A stretch of 64,000 nucleotides of DNA, from NCBI GenBank assembly GCA_023205875.1, contig CP060760.1, forward strand, positions 248,001 to 312,000. Direction: 5' to 3'. The position numbers and the translations under genes are program-made. The notes beneath the pieces are model-generated. The model had not been told where the DNA came from, did not search any database, and saw only the letters and a program-made list of their open reading frames with translations. Position 1 is the stretch's first letter. The number at the start of each line of letters is the position of its first letter. Shown piece after piece: positions 19,925 to 30,572 of the stretch. The DNA comes from Chloropicon primus (taxonomy: Eukaryota).

Positions 19925-21938
19925 TCACCAAAGTCCTCCTCCTCCCGGTACCAGGAGGAGAGCAGGCCTGCCCTCGAGAAGGACCCGCTGAAGGTTCTCC
20001 AGGCTCCTGAGGGTCCCCGCGTCGACGCCGAGCAGAATGCTGAGCAGCGTGCTCCGGATCCCGGCCCCACCACTCAGGAGCGCCTTGGCTTGCTGGGCGA
20101 AGCTCTTCTTCTGCTTCACCACGAGGACGTCGGCGTCCTCCCTCAGGCCGGACAGCTCCTTGGCCGCGCGCAGAGCGTCGTCGATCCCACCGAGCTGGTC
20201 CACGAGGCCCAGCCGGTACGCGTCCTGGCCCGTCCACACTCTTCCCTGGGCAACCTTCTCCACCATCTCGGGCTTCATCCCCCGTCCCTGGGCCACCAGG
20301 CCCACGAACTTGGCGTACACGTCGTCGATAATGGCGTTCAGGGCCTTGAGCTGGGTCCTCGTGAAGCTCGTCGTCTGCGACATGATCGTCGCGTTCTTGC
20401 CGAACTTCTTGCCCTCGTCGATCGTCACGCCCAAGTCAGAAAGGAAGCCTTCGAAGTTCGGTTTGGCCATGATCACACCGATCGAGCCCGTCAGGGTTCC
20501 GGGCGACGCGAAGATCTTGGCCGCGGGGGCCGAGATGTAGTACCCGCCGCTGGCCGCGACGTTTCCCATGGAGACCACCACCGGGATCTCCTTCTCCTGG
20601 AGGTCCGAGACCGCGGCCCAGATCTCGTCGCTCCCGACGACGGAGCCCCCGGGACTGTCGACTCTCAGGACAACGGCCTTGACTCTGGGCATGGACGACG
20701 GAATCTTCCTCAGGAGCTTGGTGGCCGTCGTGCTCTCAATGACGTGGGCCGAATCGCTCGTCCCGTTCAGGATCGCGCCCTGGAGGGTCACGAGGGCGAC
20801 CGCGCCGTCCTCCTCGCCCCCGTCCGGCGTCGCCATACCCCTCAAGAATTTCATGGGGAAGGCGTGGATTTGGTCCAAGGCCTTCCGGGCTCTCAACGCC
20901 TTTGCGTACCTGTAGAGGGAGACCGCACGCTTCTCCCCGCCCGCGCGATCCAGCACCTTTTGGGTGTGACACACCTCGTGAATCAGCTTGGCCTCAAGAG
21001 CAGCAGACGCTGGGACGATCCCGTCGTCGATCGCATTCGTCACCTCGCTCTTCGTCACCTTGAGGGAATTCGCAATGTCGCCCACGCACTGCTCGAAGAT
21101 CGTTTCCAGGAGGTGCTCCGTCGCCTCCTTGTGGCCACGGGTGTACCCGCTCTCGCTCAAGTTGTTCAACGCGTTCTTGTATTCCTTGCGCTGCAGCACT
21201 GTCAGCTGTATCTTCCACTTGTCCAGGAACTCCTTGAAGAACGGCGCGCGCGTGGCGTACCCAGTGATGGAGAGGTGGCCTGCAAACGAAGAGAGAACAA
21301 AGCAGGAAATCCCAAAGTCAGCCGCCAAGCCAGTCACAATGGCAACAAGGAGAAGAGCTCCTCCAACTGTTCGCAGACTCACCTGTCGGAGCGCAAGTGA
21401 CCTTCTCGCAAGCCGTGGCCAGGGTGTAAGCCTGGAGGCCATTCGATGTGCCGAGCTCGCCAAACGTCGAGAAGCTCGCGACGGATGGCTTTTCGGACGT
21501 GAAGTTCTTAATCGCGGCTCTGATCTCCTGCATCGTCGCCGTGGAGGCCAAGCCTGCAAGCCATGCGTTTCCCTCCTGCGTCTGTCCCGATGACCGCAAT
21601 ACGAGAGAGGAGCACCGCTTGTCCGCCTTGGCCTCGTTGATCGCATCGATGGCGTCCCTCAGGTTCAGCATCTTCCTGTCCCCCGCCAAGATCTTGTCGA
21701 GGAAGTTGCCGTCCGTCGTCTCCTCCACGAGGACGTCATCCACATCAAAGTCGAGGAAGAAGTTTGGCTTCCCTGTCGCGACTTGGCTCGCCGCTCGAAG
21801 GCCGGCGTACGTGAGGACGCAGCCGCCAGCGCCGAGGACGAGCAAAGCCTTCGCCGTGCGGATGACCCTCTTCCCCATCCATGACTTCCTCACCTGCTCA
21901 ACGAGCGTTGTTGTTCTCTTCGTGGCCTTCTCCTCCAT
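19925..21938 (-). CDS. sppA: Signal peptide peptidase SppA (67K-type, peptidase S49), 2 exons
   Basis: Exons 21938-21383 and 21279-19925. EYKNA (catalytic Lys region), LRVDSPGGS, SMGNVAASGGYY, TGSIGV and GRVWTG. Confidence 0.92.
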
Positions 21939-22157
21939 CGACGACTCTCCCTTGGGATCTGCCGATGCTGATGCTGATGCTGATGCTGATGCTGATGGTG
22001 GTGATGATGGTGATCACACGAGGATTCTAAATGTTTGCTAATCTGATGTAATATGCTGGGGGACGGACGATGATGATGTCAAGCAGCTCTGAGGAGATAG
22101 AGTTGGTGCTCTATAGTATACAATACAATTGATGGTAGCACTCAGTAGTAGTGCGTG

Positions 22158-22188
<31 letters not shown>

Positions 22189-22192
22189 ATCG

Positions 22193-24691
22193 TCAGAGCT
22201 CGTCCTTGAGGAGGTTCGACTGGGCGGAGCCGCTGCCTGAGGAGAGAGGCGTGCCATCGCTCTTGGTGGCACCGAAAAATCTCGAGGTGCCTTGGGCGGC
22301 GAGGCCCGTCGGCGCCGCGATGCTTCCATCGGCATTTCTGGGGAACACCGCGCCCAGGAGAGTGTCGTGGAGCTCTCTGGGGAGGGAGTTCAGGTACGGG
22401 CGAAGGCTCCTCCTCCTGTTCTTGAAAAAGTCTGTCGTCTTTTGCATGGAATTCGGGGTGAATCTGTAGTGGTACACCGCATCGGGCAGGACATCCACCT
22501 TGAACCCCCGCAGGGACGCGTTCGCGTACATCTCCCAGTCCTCGAACCCTATCCCGTAGTCCTCCGTGTATCCGCCGATGTCCTTGAAGCTCGAGACTCT
22601 CACGAAACAGTTGGCGTCCCCGTAGCAGTTCTTGAAGGCTCCGACGTCAGGGCTGCCCCCGAGGAAGATGTAAGACGCCCTGTCCCCCCTTCTCTTCGGG
22701 ACGGGCCTGTCCATGCCCCAGAAAAAGTCCACAAACGACGTCAGGACATCTGCATTGCTGCTCTCCATCGCTCTGACGAATGTTCTGACCTCGTGCGGCT
22801 TGGCAACGTTGTCGTCGTCCATGAAGAGAATGTACTTCCCCTTGGCGTAACCGACCGCCTTGTTTCTGGCGCAGCCAAGGTAACAGTTCTCTCCCCAAAC
22901 GATCTTCCAGCCCCTCTTGTCGAATTCGGCCTCGTACGTCTTGAGGTCCCTCTTCGCTTGCTCATCCGTGGACCCGTCGTCCATCACGATCAGCTCGTAA
23001 CGGCTCCTGGGGTAGTCTTGGAGCTCCACGCTCTCGATCGCTTGGGCGACCAGCTTGCCTCTGTTGAAGTGGGTCATGATCACGGACACAAACGGCAAGT
23101 CTTCCTCGGACTCTACTGGCCTGGTTTGGAGAGCCCGCAACGTCTGCCGGTGCTCCTTTGCCAGGCTCTGGTGCCATTTCAGCCACACCCTCTCATTCTC
23201 CTCCGCGTCGATGCTCGGCCGGGCGGGCCTGATGCCGCCCCTCAGCACCTGCACCAGCTTTGCGACCAGAGCATCCTTCGTGGGCTCGAAGAGGGCCAGG
23301 CCGTGATCGTCCTTGTGAACGAGATCAGGGATTCCTCCCACGTCCGTGGCCACGAAGGGGATGCGCGCGTGGGCGCATTCGTAGATGGTGTACGGAGAGT
23401 TCTCGATCCTGGACGGCATCACCGCGAGGCGCTCCCCTTGTCCCAAGAATCCTAGCGCTTCCGTCGAGTTCATCCGTGAGATGACTTTCCAGGGGATGTT
23501 CCACTTCTGCGCCCTCTTCTGCACGTAGTGCATGCCGTACACCCCGTCGACCAGCGCGCTCCTTCCCAGAAAGATGAGCTTCTCCAGTCCCCCCTTTCCC
23601 ACGACCACGCCAAGCTCCTTCGCGTTCTCGAGAATGTGGTCCACAGCGTCGCAGAAAGTGACGATGCCCTTCCTCGTCTCCAGCCTGCCGAAGAACACGA
23701 GTTCCCGGATCGGCGTCACCGCCCTCAGCACCCCTCGCTTCTCGTTGTCGTACTTGTCCTCCTGGTACGGCAGCAGGTTCGGTTGGCACAGAGACCGCTT
23801 GTTGATGGGCCAGCCTTCGGATCCCATCCAGCCGAGAAGGTACTGGGAGGGGCTGATGACGACGTCAGAAAGCTTCACGCACCGCCTCTCCATGAAGTCC
23901 ATCTCGAGATCATCAATCTTGTCGATCTGTTCCATGTTGCCCACGGACTTTGCCCAAAGGTTCGGGCCGTGCAGCCCGATGACAAACATCTTGGTCAGCA
24001 GCTCGGGCTTCCCCTGGTCTTTCCCGATCAGGGAATAGTACCCCGCCCCCTCGTAGTCATGCAAGTGCACGACATCGAACTCGTGGCTCAGCATGTACCT
24101 GTAAACCTCGTAAGAGGCTTGCAGGTGCCTCGGTATGTACTTTTGGCCCGTCCGATGCAACCCAACCAAGGTGATGTTCAGTTTATTGTAGGCCTTGACG
24201 TGATCCTCGAAGGGACCGAACATGGAGATCGTCCCTTTCGTGAACAGGACAGTGACCTGGTGCCCAGTACCTGCCAAGGCCTTCGCCAGAGTTGTGTAAG
24301 CCGTGCCAATTCCCCCGTTGCTGACCGGACCAGCAATTTCTGTTGTTACTATACATATCTTGAGCGATTCCGTCCCCGCAGGAGACGGGCCCCTCCCCTC
24401 CTCCCAGCCACTCACGGCGTCCGTCATGCTTGGGAAGGTGTCTGGAACATTCCTGTCGATGATCTTCGAGCAGTCCTCCCCTGCGTATTCCCCTTCACAA
24501 ATGCAGATCCCATTGAGGCACCTGCCCCTTCCCGAGCAATTGTTCAAGCACGAAGGCTTCCCGTCCCCCTCCTCCCCCGCCGTAACGCAAGCAGCACTAA
24601 GCACAAGCACGAGAAGAGACGAAATCACCATCCAGTTGCTGGGACTCCTCCTTCCCCTTCCACACCCTCCAAACTTCAAGCACCACACCAT
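22193..24691 (-). CDS. Secretory EGF-like + GT4 + GT2 bifunctional glycosyltransferase with C-terminal KDEL
   Basis: Signal peptide, then EGF CLNNCSGRGRCLNGICICEGEYAGEDC. GT4 motifs GGIGT, FFGRLETRKG and ENSPYTIYE. GT2 motifs VSVIMTHFNR, MDDGSTD, FMDDDN and EDWE. Ends LLKDEL. Alternative start at MVISS. Confidence 0.88.
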   Translation of the reverse strand: MVWCLKFGGCGRGRRSPSNWMVISSLLVLVLSAACVTAGEEGDGKPSCLNNCSGRGRCLNGICICEGEYAGEDCSKIIDRNVPDTFPSMTDAVSGWEEGRGPSPAGTESLKICIVTTEIAGPVSNGGIGTAYTTLAKALAGTGHQVTVLFTKGTISMFGPFEDHVKAYNKLNITLVGLHRTGQKYIPRHLQASYEVYRYMLSHEFDVVHLHDYEGAGYYSLIGKDQGKPELLTKMFVIGLHGPNLWAKSVGNMEQIDKIDDLEMDFMERRCVKLSDVVISPSQYLLGWMGSEGWPINKRSLCQPNLLPYQEDKYDNEKRGVLRAVTPIRELVFFGRLETRKGIVTFCDAVDHILENAKELGVVVGKGGLEKLIFLGRSALVDGVYGMHYVQKRAQKWNIPWKVISRMNSTEALGFLGQGERLAVMPSRIENSPYTIYECAHARIPFVATDVGGIPDLVHKDDHGLALFEPTKDALVAKLVQVLRGGIRPARPSIDAEENERVWLKWHQSLAKEHRQTLRALQTRPVESEEDLPFVSVIMTHFNRGKLVAQAIESVELQDYPRSRYELIVMDDGSTDEQAKRDLKTYEAEFDKRGWKIVWGENCYLGCARNKAVGYAKGKYILFMDDDNVAKPHEVRTFVRAMESSNADVLTSFVDFFWGMDRPVPKRRGDRASYIFLGGSPDVGAFKNCYGDANCFVRVSSFKDIGGYTEDYGIGFEDWEMYANASLRGFKVDVLPDAVYHYRFTPNSMQKTTDFFKNRRRSLRPYLNSLPRELHDTLLGAVFPRNADGSIAAPTGLAAQGTSRFFGATKSDGTPLSSGSGSAQSNLLKDEL

Positions 24692-25329
24692 GCCCCTTAC
24701 ACTTCCGAAAGAGAGAGAGAGAGAGAGTGCGCGCGCGCGCGTGTGTGCGTGTGTGTGTGTGTGTGTGGATCTCAAGCTTGAAGCTCGGCCTCTGACAATC
24801 TTCCCTAGTCTGCCTCTCTGCCTCTCCCCCTGTGCCTCACAAGACACACAGAGACACACAGAGACACACCAAACCAAACACCTTCACCCAAGTCTCCTCG
24901 ATCTCGACAAGTGTCCTCCTCGGGTCAATCCGGTGCCCACCAAGGTTGCCAATCGAAAGATCAGATCTTGCGATAAAGATCCCTGGAGGCAATCCTCCTC
25001 TTCCCCTTCTCGCGTCCTCGTGTCCCCTCCAGAGCCAAACCAATCGTCGTCCTCGCCTTCCTGCCTCCTCTTAATTTTGTCCCTGGGATCAATGCACTCA
25101 GGGGCCAGAGATCCAGTCGAGGGTCCTGGAGGAGTGGGCGCTCTTCAAGGCGAGGTCAAGGACGAGCGGCTTGCCGACGGGGATCTCGGGGTGTGCGGCA
25201 CGAAAGGGCATCTCATGGTCTTTCGATTGATACCTCTGTTGAACCATTTGGCGCGAGTGGTGGTCGTCGATTGAGTTGGCAGTTTGTCTGGCAGAAGGGG
25301 GGAGCCCTTGGGAGGGGTGCGTCGCAAGG

Positions 25330-27183
25330 ATGGCTGCGATGAAGGGTCTCGTGCGGTCCCTTGGGGATGCCACGGCGGCGATACCTCGATCTCGTTCCTT
25401 GGTGTGCTCGGCGACCCAAATGTGGTGTTCGATTCACACGGAGCTCGATAGGCAGGGCAGTGACAAAACCTTTGAGGACACCCCTGTGGTGGATCAGTGC
25501 GAGCACTATGCGAAGAAGAGTAAGTCAATTGGGTTTCTGGATCGATGGCTCGAGCGATTCTCTACATCTCCTGTTGCCCTCAGCGCACCTCAGTCCTGTC
25601 AGAACGCGCGTTGCGCTAACTCACAGCGTCTGCTTCTCTCTGCTTCTCTTCACGCAGTTCATAGTGCCAAGGTCCTTGATTTCGAGCTTAGCGAGGAGCA
25701 GGCGCAGGAAAAGTATGAGAGCTGGAACAGTAAGCACGCGTTCCACATCCCAAACATCTGGGGCAGCCAAGGGGCGAGAGTAAGGGCGGTCCAGCTTCCG
25801 TTCTGGAGGTTCAGCGCGGACGTGGACACAGTAGTGAGCAAAGCGAGAGGTCGACGCTTGTCGCTGCTTCACGACGCGCCCGCCGATGCAGTCCACGAGG
25901 TGGAGGGCGAGCACTACTCGTTTGAAAGCCCGGACACACAAATTTTTGCTTCCTATGCGCTGAGGAGGGACTTTGTCGAGAAACTGAATTTGGGGCCGAC
26001 GGCCAAGAGCAGTGAACTGCGGCCGTTGCTGAAGCCCGAGAGGGCTGCCGTGTCGGACGCAAGCAGGGAGGACGGGATCGCAACCAAGAGCAGCAACCAA
26101 GGGGCAAACCCATCGATCGGGGTGGAGTGGGGGGGCTGCTCCATGAGCCCGTCGATTGCCTGGCACCTCGCCCTCAGAAACATAAGGAAGAGGCAGATGG
26201 AGCTTGCGAGTAAGATGGTAGACGCAAGCGAAGTCAAGAACCTCCAAGTGAAGCTCAATGTGCGAAATAGGAAGGCCGAGCTGGTCTATTTGCCAGCGTA
26301 TGTCCTGGATTATTCCTATGGAACGACTATAAACATTTCTCAGGAGAGGGTGAGGGACTCATTTCAAGCGGTCGTTGGGGGGAACAAGGCCAGTGATGTT
26401 GCAGGGGAGCGACACTATTCGCCTTTGAAACTGCAAGCGGCAACAGCAGTGGCCTCCACCGCCGTTTTCTCGCTGGATTACTTTGGTTTGCCTCTGCTAG
26501 GAATCACGCCCTTCGCGAGCCCGGAGTTTTCCTTGACAGCGACCATTGTATTGTGCGGCCTCAGCAGCGTCGCGGCGAGGCGGGCCATCAACATGAAGAG
26601 ACGGGAGGAGGAAAAGAAGATTGCGGACACCGAGGAGGAGTCCTACGATTACAATCGCTTGCATGACGAAAGCATCATGCAGCGGGTGGAGGAGAACGAG
26701 TGGATACGCTGGGAGGAGTCCGAGAAGTGGAAGTGGGACCAAGGGTACAGGAAGAAGTGGGCCACGGCCCTTTTCGGCAAGCAGAAGAAGAGGAGGAAGG
26801 ACTTGGTAGCCTACATACAGAAGCTGCAGGTGCAGCAGATGAAGGACGAGGAGGAGGCCAGGAGGCAGAGCGCAAGGGAAAAGCGATATGGGAAGCAAAG
26901 CAGGGGGGCACATGCCAAGGGCCTTGAGTACCGCAGGGGGGTTGATTTCATGGGGTATTATCGATTATTGGGCCTGGAAGAGAAGCTGGCATCCGCCACC
27001 GAGCAGGAGATCAAGGAGGCCTTCCGCAAGGAGGCTTTGAGGCTCCATCCCGACAGGAACACCGGGAAAGATAACAAGAGAAAGGCGGAAGAGGGCTTCA
27101 AAAAGGTTCAGAAAGCTTACGCGGTGTTGAGCGATCCCGAGCAAAGGCTCCTGTATCACAAAGGTCAGATAGGGTCGGACTAA
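25330..27183 (+). CDS. Membrane protein with C-terminal DnaJ domain
   Basis: YYRLLGL...IKEAFRKEALRLHPDRN...FKKVQKAYAVLSDPEQR. Two hydrophobic segments and a coiled coil. Probable in-frame intron 25520-25657 (GTAAGT, GCTAAC branch point, CAG). Confidence 0.85.
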   Translation: MAAMKGLVRSLGDATAAIPRSRSLVCSATQMWCSIHTELDRQGSDKTFEDTPVVDQCEHYAKKSKSIGFLDRWLERFSTSPVALSAPQSCQNARCANSQRLLLSASLHAVHSAKVLDFELSEEQAQEKYESWNSKHAFHIPNIWGSQGARVRAVQLPFWRFSADVDTVVSKARGRRLSLLHDAPADAVHEVEGEHYSFESPDTQIFASYALRRDFVEKLNLGPTAKSSELRPLLKPERAAVSDASREDGIATKSSNQGANPSIGVEWGGCSMSPSIAWHLALRNIRKRQMELASKMVDASEVKNLQVKLNVRNRKAELVYLPAYVLDYSYGTTINISQERVRDSFQAVVGGNKASDVAGERHYSPLKLQAATAVASTAVFSLDYFGLPLLGITPFASPEFSLTATIVLCGLSSVAARRAINMKRREEEKKIADTEEESYDYNRLHDESIMQRVEENEWIRWEESEKWKWDQGYRKKWATALFGKQKKRRKDLVAYIQKLQVQQMKDEEEARRQSAREKRYGKQSRGAHAKGLEYRRGVDFMGYYRLLGLEEKLASATEQEIKEAFRKEALRLHPDRNTGKDNKRKAEEGFKKVQKAYAVLSDPEQRLLYHKGQIGSD

Positions 27184-27240
27184 GGTGTGAAGATATACAT
27201 TGAATGGAAGATAATCTACAACTTTTTTTCTTTCACTTCA

Positions 27241-29886
27241 TTAGCCAATGATTTTTTCCTTTTGCCTCGACAGGCAAAACAGCTCCCACAGCAAGTGCTC
27301 CTTGTCCGCGGCATCAGCAGCCCCATCGGCCTTTGCTTTCAATGCAGTGTACTGTTTCTCAAACTCGCCCTTGAGGGCTCCGCAAGTCTCCGCAATCGCA
27401 ATGTCGATTCCTGCCAAAGCCATTGTTGCGCTGCCAATCGCAGCCAACTTGGCTTCGCTGACCGGAGGTTCTTCTTCCTCTCCCTCCCCCTCCCCTTCCT
27501 CCGCCTCCTCATCTGCCTTGCCTTCCGCTCCTTTCTCCTCATTACTGCCGTCCGTGGCATCGGCCTGGACGGCCTCCGTCGCCTTTGCCTCGGCATCCTC
27601 CCCTTCTGCCTCTTCCGCCTCCGCCTTGGCCTCTTCCGTTTCCTCGAAGAGATGCTCCTCAATCTTGTCGGCCACAGAGCTCAAGAGAGAATAGAAGGCG
27701 TTGTATGCAACCATGCCCTCTTCCCTTGGGATCTTCATGCTGGTCAACGTCTCATTCAGCTCAGCCTTCACCTCCTCGGCCGCCACATCAGGGGCCAACT
27801 TGCCGCTCTCCACAGCCTCAGCTATCACGCTCACGGAGCCATCCCACGTGGTCGGCTGGGGAGCTCCATCACCCTCACCATCGTTCGATTCGGCGGCGGG
27901 AGCCTCTTCTTCCTTGGCTGCACCCTCCTCCTCGCTTTCTTGGGCTCCTTCTGCGCCGTCGCTTTCGATCACACACTTTCCAAAGATGTCCTTCAACTTG
28001 TCGAACTCCTCGGGCGTGTAAAAGTAGTTCTCACCGCAGTTGGCGTTGGCCCTCACGAACATGGACCTCTCTTCCTCCTGCGAGGACGACAATCTGGCTC
28101 TCTCCGCCTGTTTTCCCTCCTCCTTGACGTCGTTGACTATTCTCTTCATCTCGTTTGACGTCACTCGCTCCTTGATCTTCTCCTTCAAGCTCGCGATGAA
28201 CTGCAACCTCTCGTCGTCAGCAAAGTCGCCAACAGTAGCGCTGCCCTTCAACACAAGAGTGTCCAGCTTGGTCGGCAAGTTTGGAATCGTTTGGATGTCC
28301 CACTTGGACCAGAACTGCCCCGCGCACGTTGGCTTGAATCCAAAGTTGAAGGTCTTTGACTCTCCGGGGAGGATCACGCCAATCATATGGCTCAGGAAGA
28401 ACATGCTTTTCTTCAAAGTCTTCTCGGACTCGAATATCGATACGTCCTTTTGCTCCACCCAGCAGTACTTCACAGCCGTGGTCCCCTTGTTCGTGAGCTC
28501 GAGCGTCTGGTGAGTTACCTCGTCAACCGAGTTCTTGAACTCAAGGCAACTGGAGCTGCACTCCAGATACGGCCCTTGCTTTGGCAGGTCCTTGCTTTCC
28601 TCCTCCTCCTCGATGTTCTTGACGCTTCTGTCTCTCTCCAAGGTCGAGAACTTCTCCCTGACTTGCCTGTTTGTGCGGATCATCTCCCAAACGGCAGGGT
28701 TTGTCTGACTGAGCTTGTCCTCAACGTCCTTCATGGTGATCGCGCTCCTTGCCTGCTCCTCGACCCTGGACTCGATGCTCTCTCCAACCACAGCTATCGT
28801 ATCTGCCCCTACAGAGTGCTGCCTCACTTTCGCGATGTTCTTGCTGTACTGCGTGCGCCTCGTCTGAAGGTACCCAGAGTCAAGCCAGCTCCTGCCCCTG
28901 GTGGCCAACGTGGATGACCCAAAGGTCTTGCCGAGCGTCTTGAGCTGCTCCGCTGTCTTCGAAGGGTCGTCCACCGAGTGTATTGGTTTCGTGATCTGCT
29001 CCAGGTACTCTATCGTCGGCTTGTCTTCCACGGGACAGAACAATCCACTGAAGATGTTACCAACAGGGACGTACCTCGTCCAGTTGTTGCGCAGGCTCAT
29101 GGTCCACTGGTCGGCACCGTGACGCTCGTGGGTCGGTATGGCCAGCTCCAGCATCTCCAGCTCCTCCTTCTTTCTCCTGAACTCCGGGCCTCTCTCGAAC
29201 ACGAGGTCGCTCTCCAGGCGTCCCACCTTGGTGGACACCTTTCCCTTGAAGTCCACCCACTCGTGGTTGAACTTGTCGTACTCCTGCAGAGCCCGAACCT
29301 GCGAGCCCTCGATGATTTTGTCTCCTATTGTCTGCCTCCTCTGGGCCTCCTTCTCCCTCTCCAAGGTGCCCGTCACGCTGGCGGACACGACGCCGTCCCT
29401 GTCCCTCTTGGCCACGGGCGAGGACCTCAAGGAAGCCGCTTGGGACGCTTGAAGCTGCTGGGAGCGAGACAGGCGAAGGTTCTCAACCTTGGACAACAGC
29501 AGGCTCTTCTCCTCCAGGCAGTCCTTGTAGGCCTTGTAAATCGCGGGAGCGAAGGCCTCCTCGTCCTTCAATGCCGAGGCAACGTCCTCCGGCAAGTTCG
29601 GGTCGTTCCTCTGCTTCTCGTACGCCAGCTGAACGGGGGAGAGACCGTTCTCCACCTGCTCGTCCTCCCTCCTCGCGAGCTCTTCCCTCAAAAGCATCTC
29701 CTCGAACTCTTCCGCGTCACCAAGAACGTTCCAAGGTTCAATCTTTCTCGCTTGCTCCTGCCTCAACGGGCTCGCCGCTTGCTCCTGCTTGTTGTTCGGG
29801 TCCAGCTCACTCATGTACTTGTCCAAAACAGTCGCGTGGCCATCGAGTGGCAAGCTGCTGCCGGTGGCCACGGCACCACTCGCCAT
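27241..29886 (-). CDS. MYCBP-associated protein (MYCBPAP/FAP147-like) ciliary protein
   Basis: ALQEYDKFNHEW...EFRRKKEELEML...WTMSLR...VGNIFSGLF conserved block, plus an ASH/Ig-like domain (LTNKGTTAVKYCW, GVILPGE, FKPTCAGQFWSKW). Confidence 0.7.
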   Translation of the reverse strand: MASGAVATGSSLPLDGHATVLDKYMSELDPNNKQEQAASPLRQEQARKIEPWNVLGDAEEFEEMLLREELARREDEQVENGLSPVQLAYEKQRNDPNLPEDVASALKDEEAFAPAIYKAYKDCLEEKSLLLSKVENLRLSRSQQLQASQAASLRSSPVAKRDRDGVVSASVTGTLEREKEAQRRQTIGDKIIEGSQVRALQEYDKFNHEWVDFKGKVSTKVGRLESDLVFERGPEFRRKKEELEMLELAIPTHERHGADQWTMSLRNNWTRYVPVGNIFSGLFCPVEDKPTIEYLEQITKPIHSVDDPSKTAEQLKTLGKTFGSSTLATRGRSWLDSGYLQTRRTQYSKNIAKVRQHSVGADTIAVVGESIESRVEEQARSAITMKDVEDKLSQTNPAVWEMIRTNRQVREKFSTLERDRSVKNIEEEEESKDLPKQGPYLECSSSCLEFKNSVDEVTHQTLELTNKGTTAVKYCWVEQKDVSIFESEKTLKKSMFFLSHMIGVILPGESKTFNFGFKPTCAGQFWSKWDIQTIPNLPTKLDTLVLKGSATVGDFADDERLQFIASLKEKIKERVTSNEMKRIVNDVKEEGKQAERARLSSSQEEERSMFVRANANCGENYFYTPEEFDKLKDIFGKCVIESDGAEGAQESEEEGAAKEEEAPAAESNDGEGDGAPQPTTWDGSVSVIAEAVESGKLAPDVAAEEVKAELNETLTSMKIPREEGMVAYNAFYSLLSSVADKIEEHLFEETEEAKAEAEEAEGEDAEAKATEAVQADATDGSNEEKGAEGKADEEAEEGEGEGEEEEPPVSEAKLAAIGSATMALAGIDIAIAETCGALKGEFEKQYTALKAKADGAADAADKEHLLWELFCLSRQKEKIIG

Positions 29887-30572
29887 GACGGACGGTGACC
29901 GGGACGAAACAGGGAAAGGTAAAGACGGCGAGGCCAAAAGTGAAGGTGAGGACACGACCAATGTGGTCACCAAAGGTCAAGTCTTGCAGGGGCGAGGACA
30001 CGACCAATGGGTCGGGTCTTGCTCTCTCCTCACGATTCCAGTGAGTCAATGAACTCTCTCTCGTTTCTCAATCTTTGAGGTCCTCAACGAATAGGTCAAA
30101 ACCCTGGCTGGTGTAGCAGGGGAAGACACTCAAAAAATGACAAAGGAGGAGGATGGCGAAGGAAGGAAGGGAAACACGGGGGGGGAGGGGCTCTTGTCTT
30201 CCCCTGGACCCCTCCTGCGTAATCTCCAATTCTCTTGACCTCCTCAATCTTCCTGCTGCAAAAAATTGTTATTGTTATCGATCAGTCGACTTCCTCTTGG
30301 CTTGTTTGCGTGTGTGTGTGTGTGTGTTGGGGAAGGGGAAGGGGACTGAGGAGGAGGAGGAGGAGGGTGTCGTCTGTGTCACAGCGGAGAGGTTCGATGG
30401 ATTCGGCTTGGCGATGGAAAAGAATGATGGATTGTATTATAAGTGTTGCTGAATTTTTTTCTCTCGAGAAATTAGAAAAGCAAAAGGCTTCCTCTCAACT
30501 TCTCTTCGGTTTTACACGAACACCCACAACTGCAAGAAATGGAAAAAACGTCCTCCCCGCGCTGCGTGCTGC

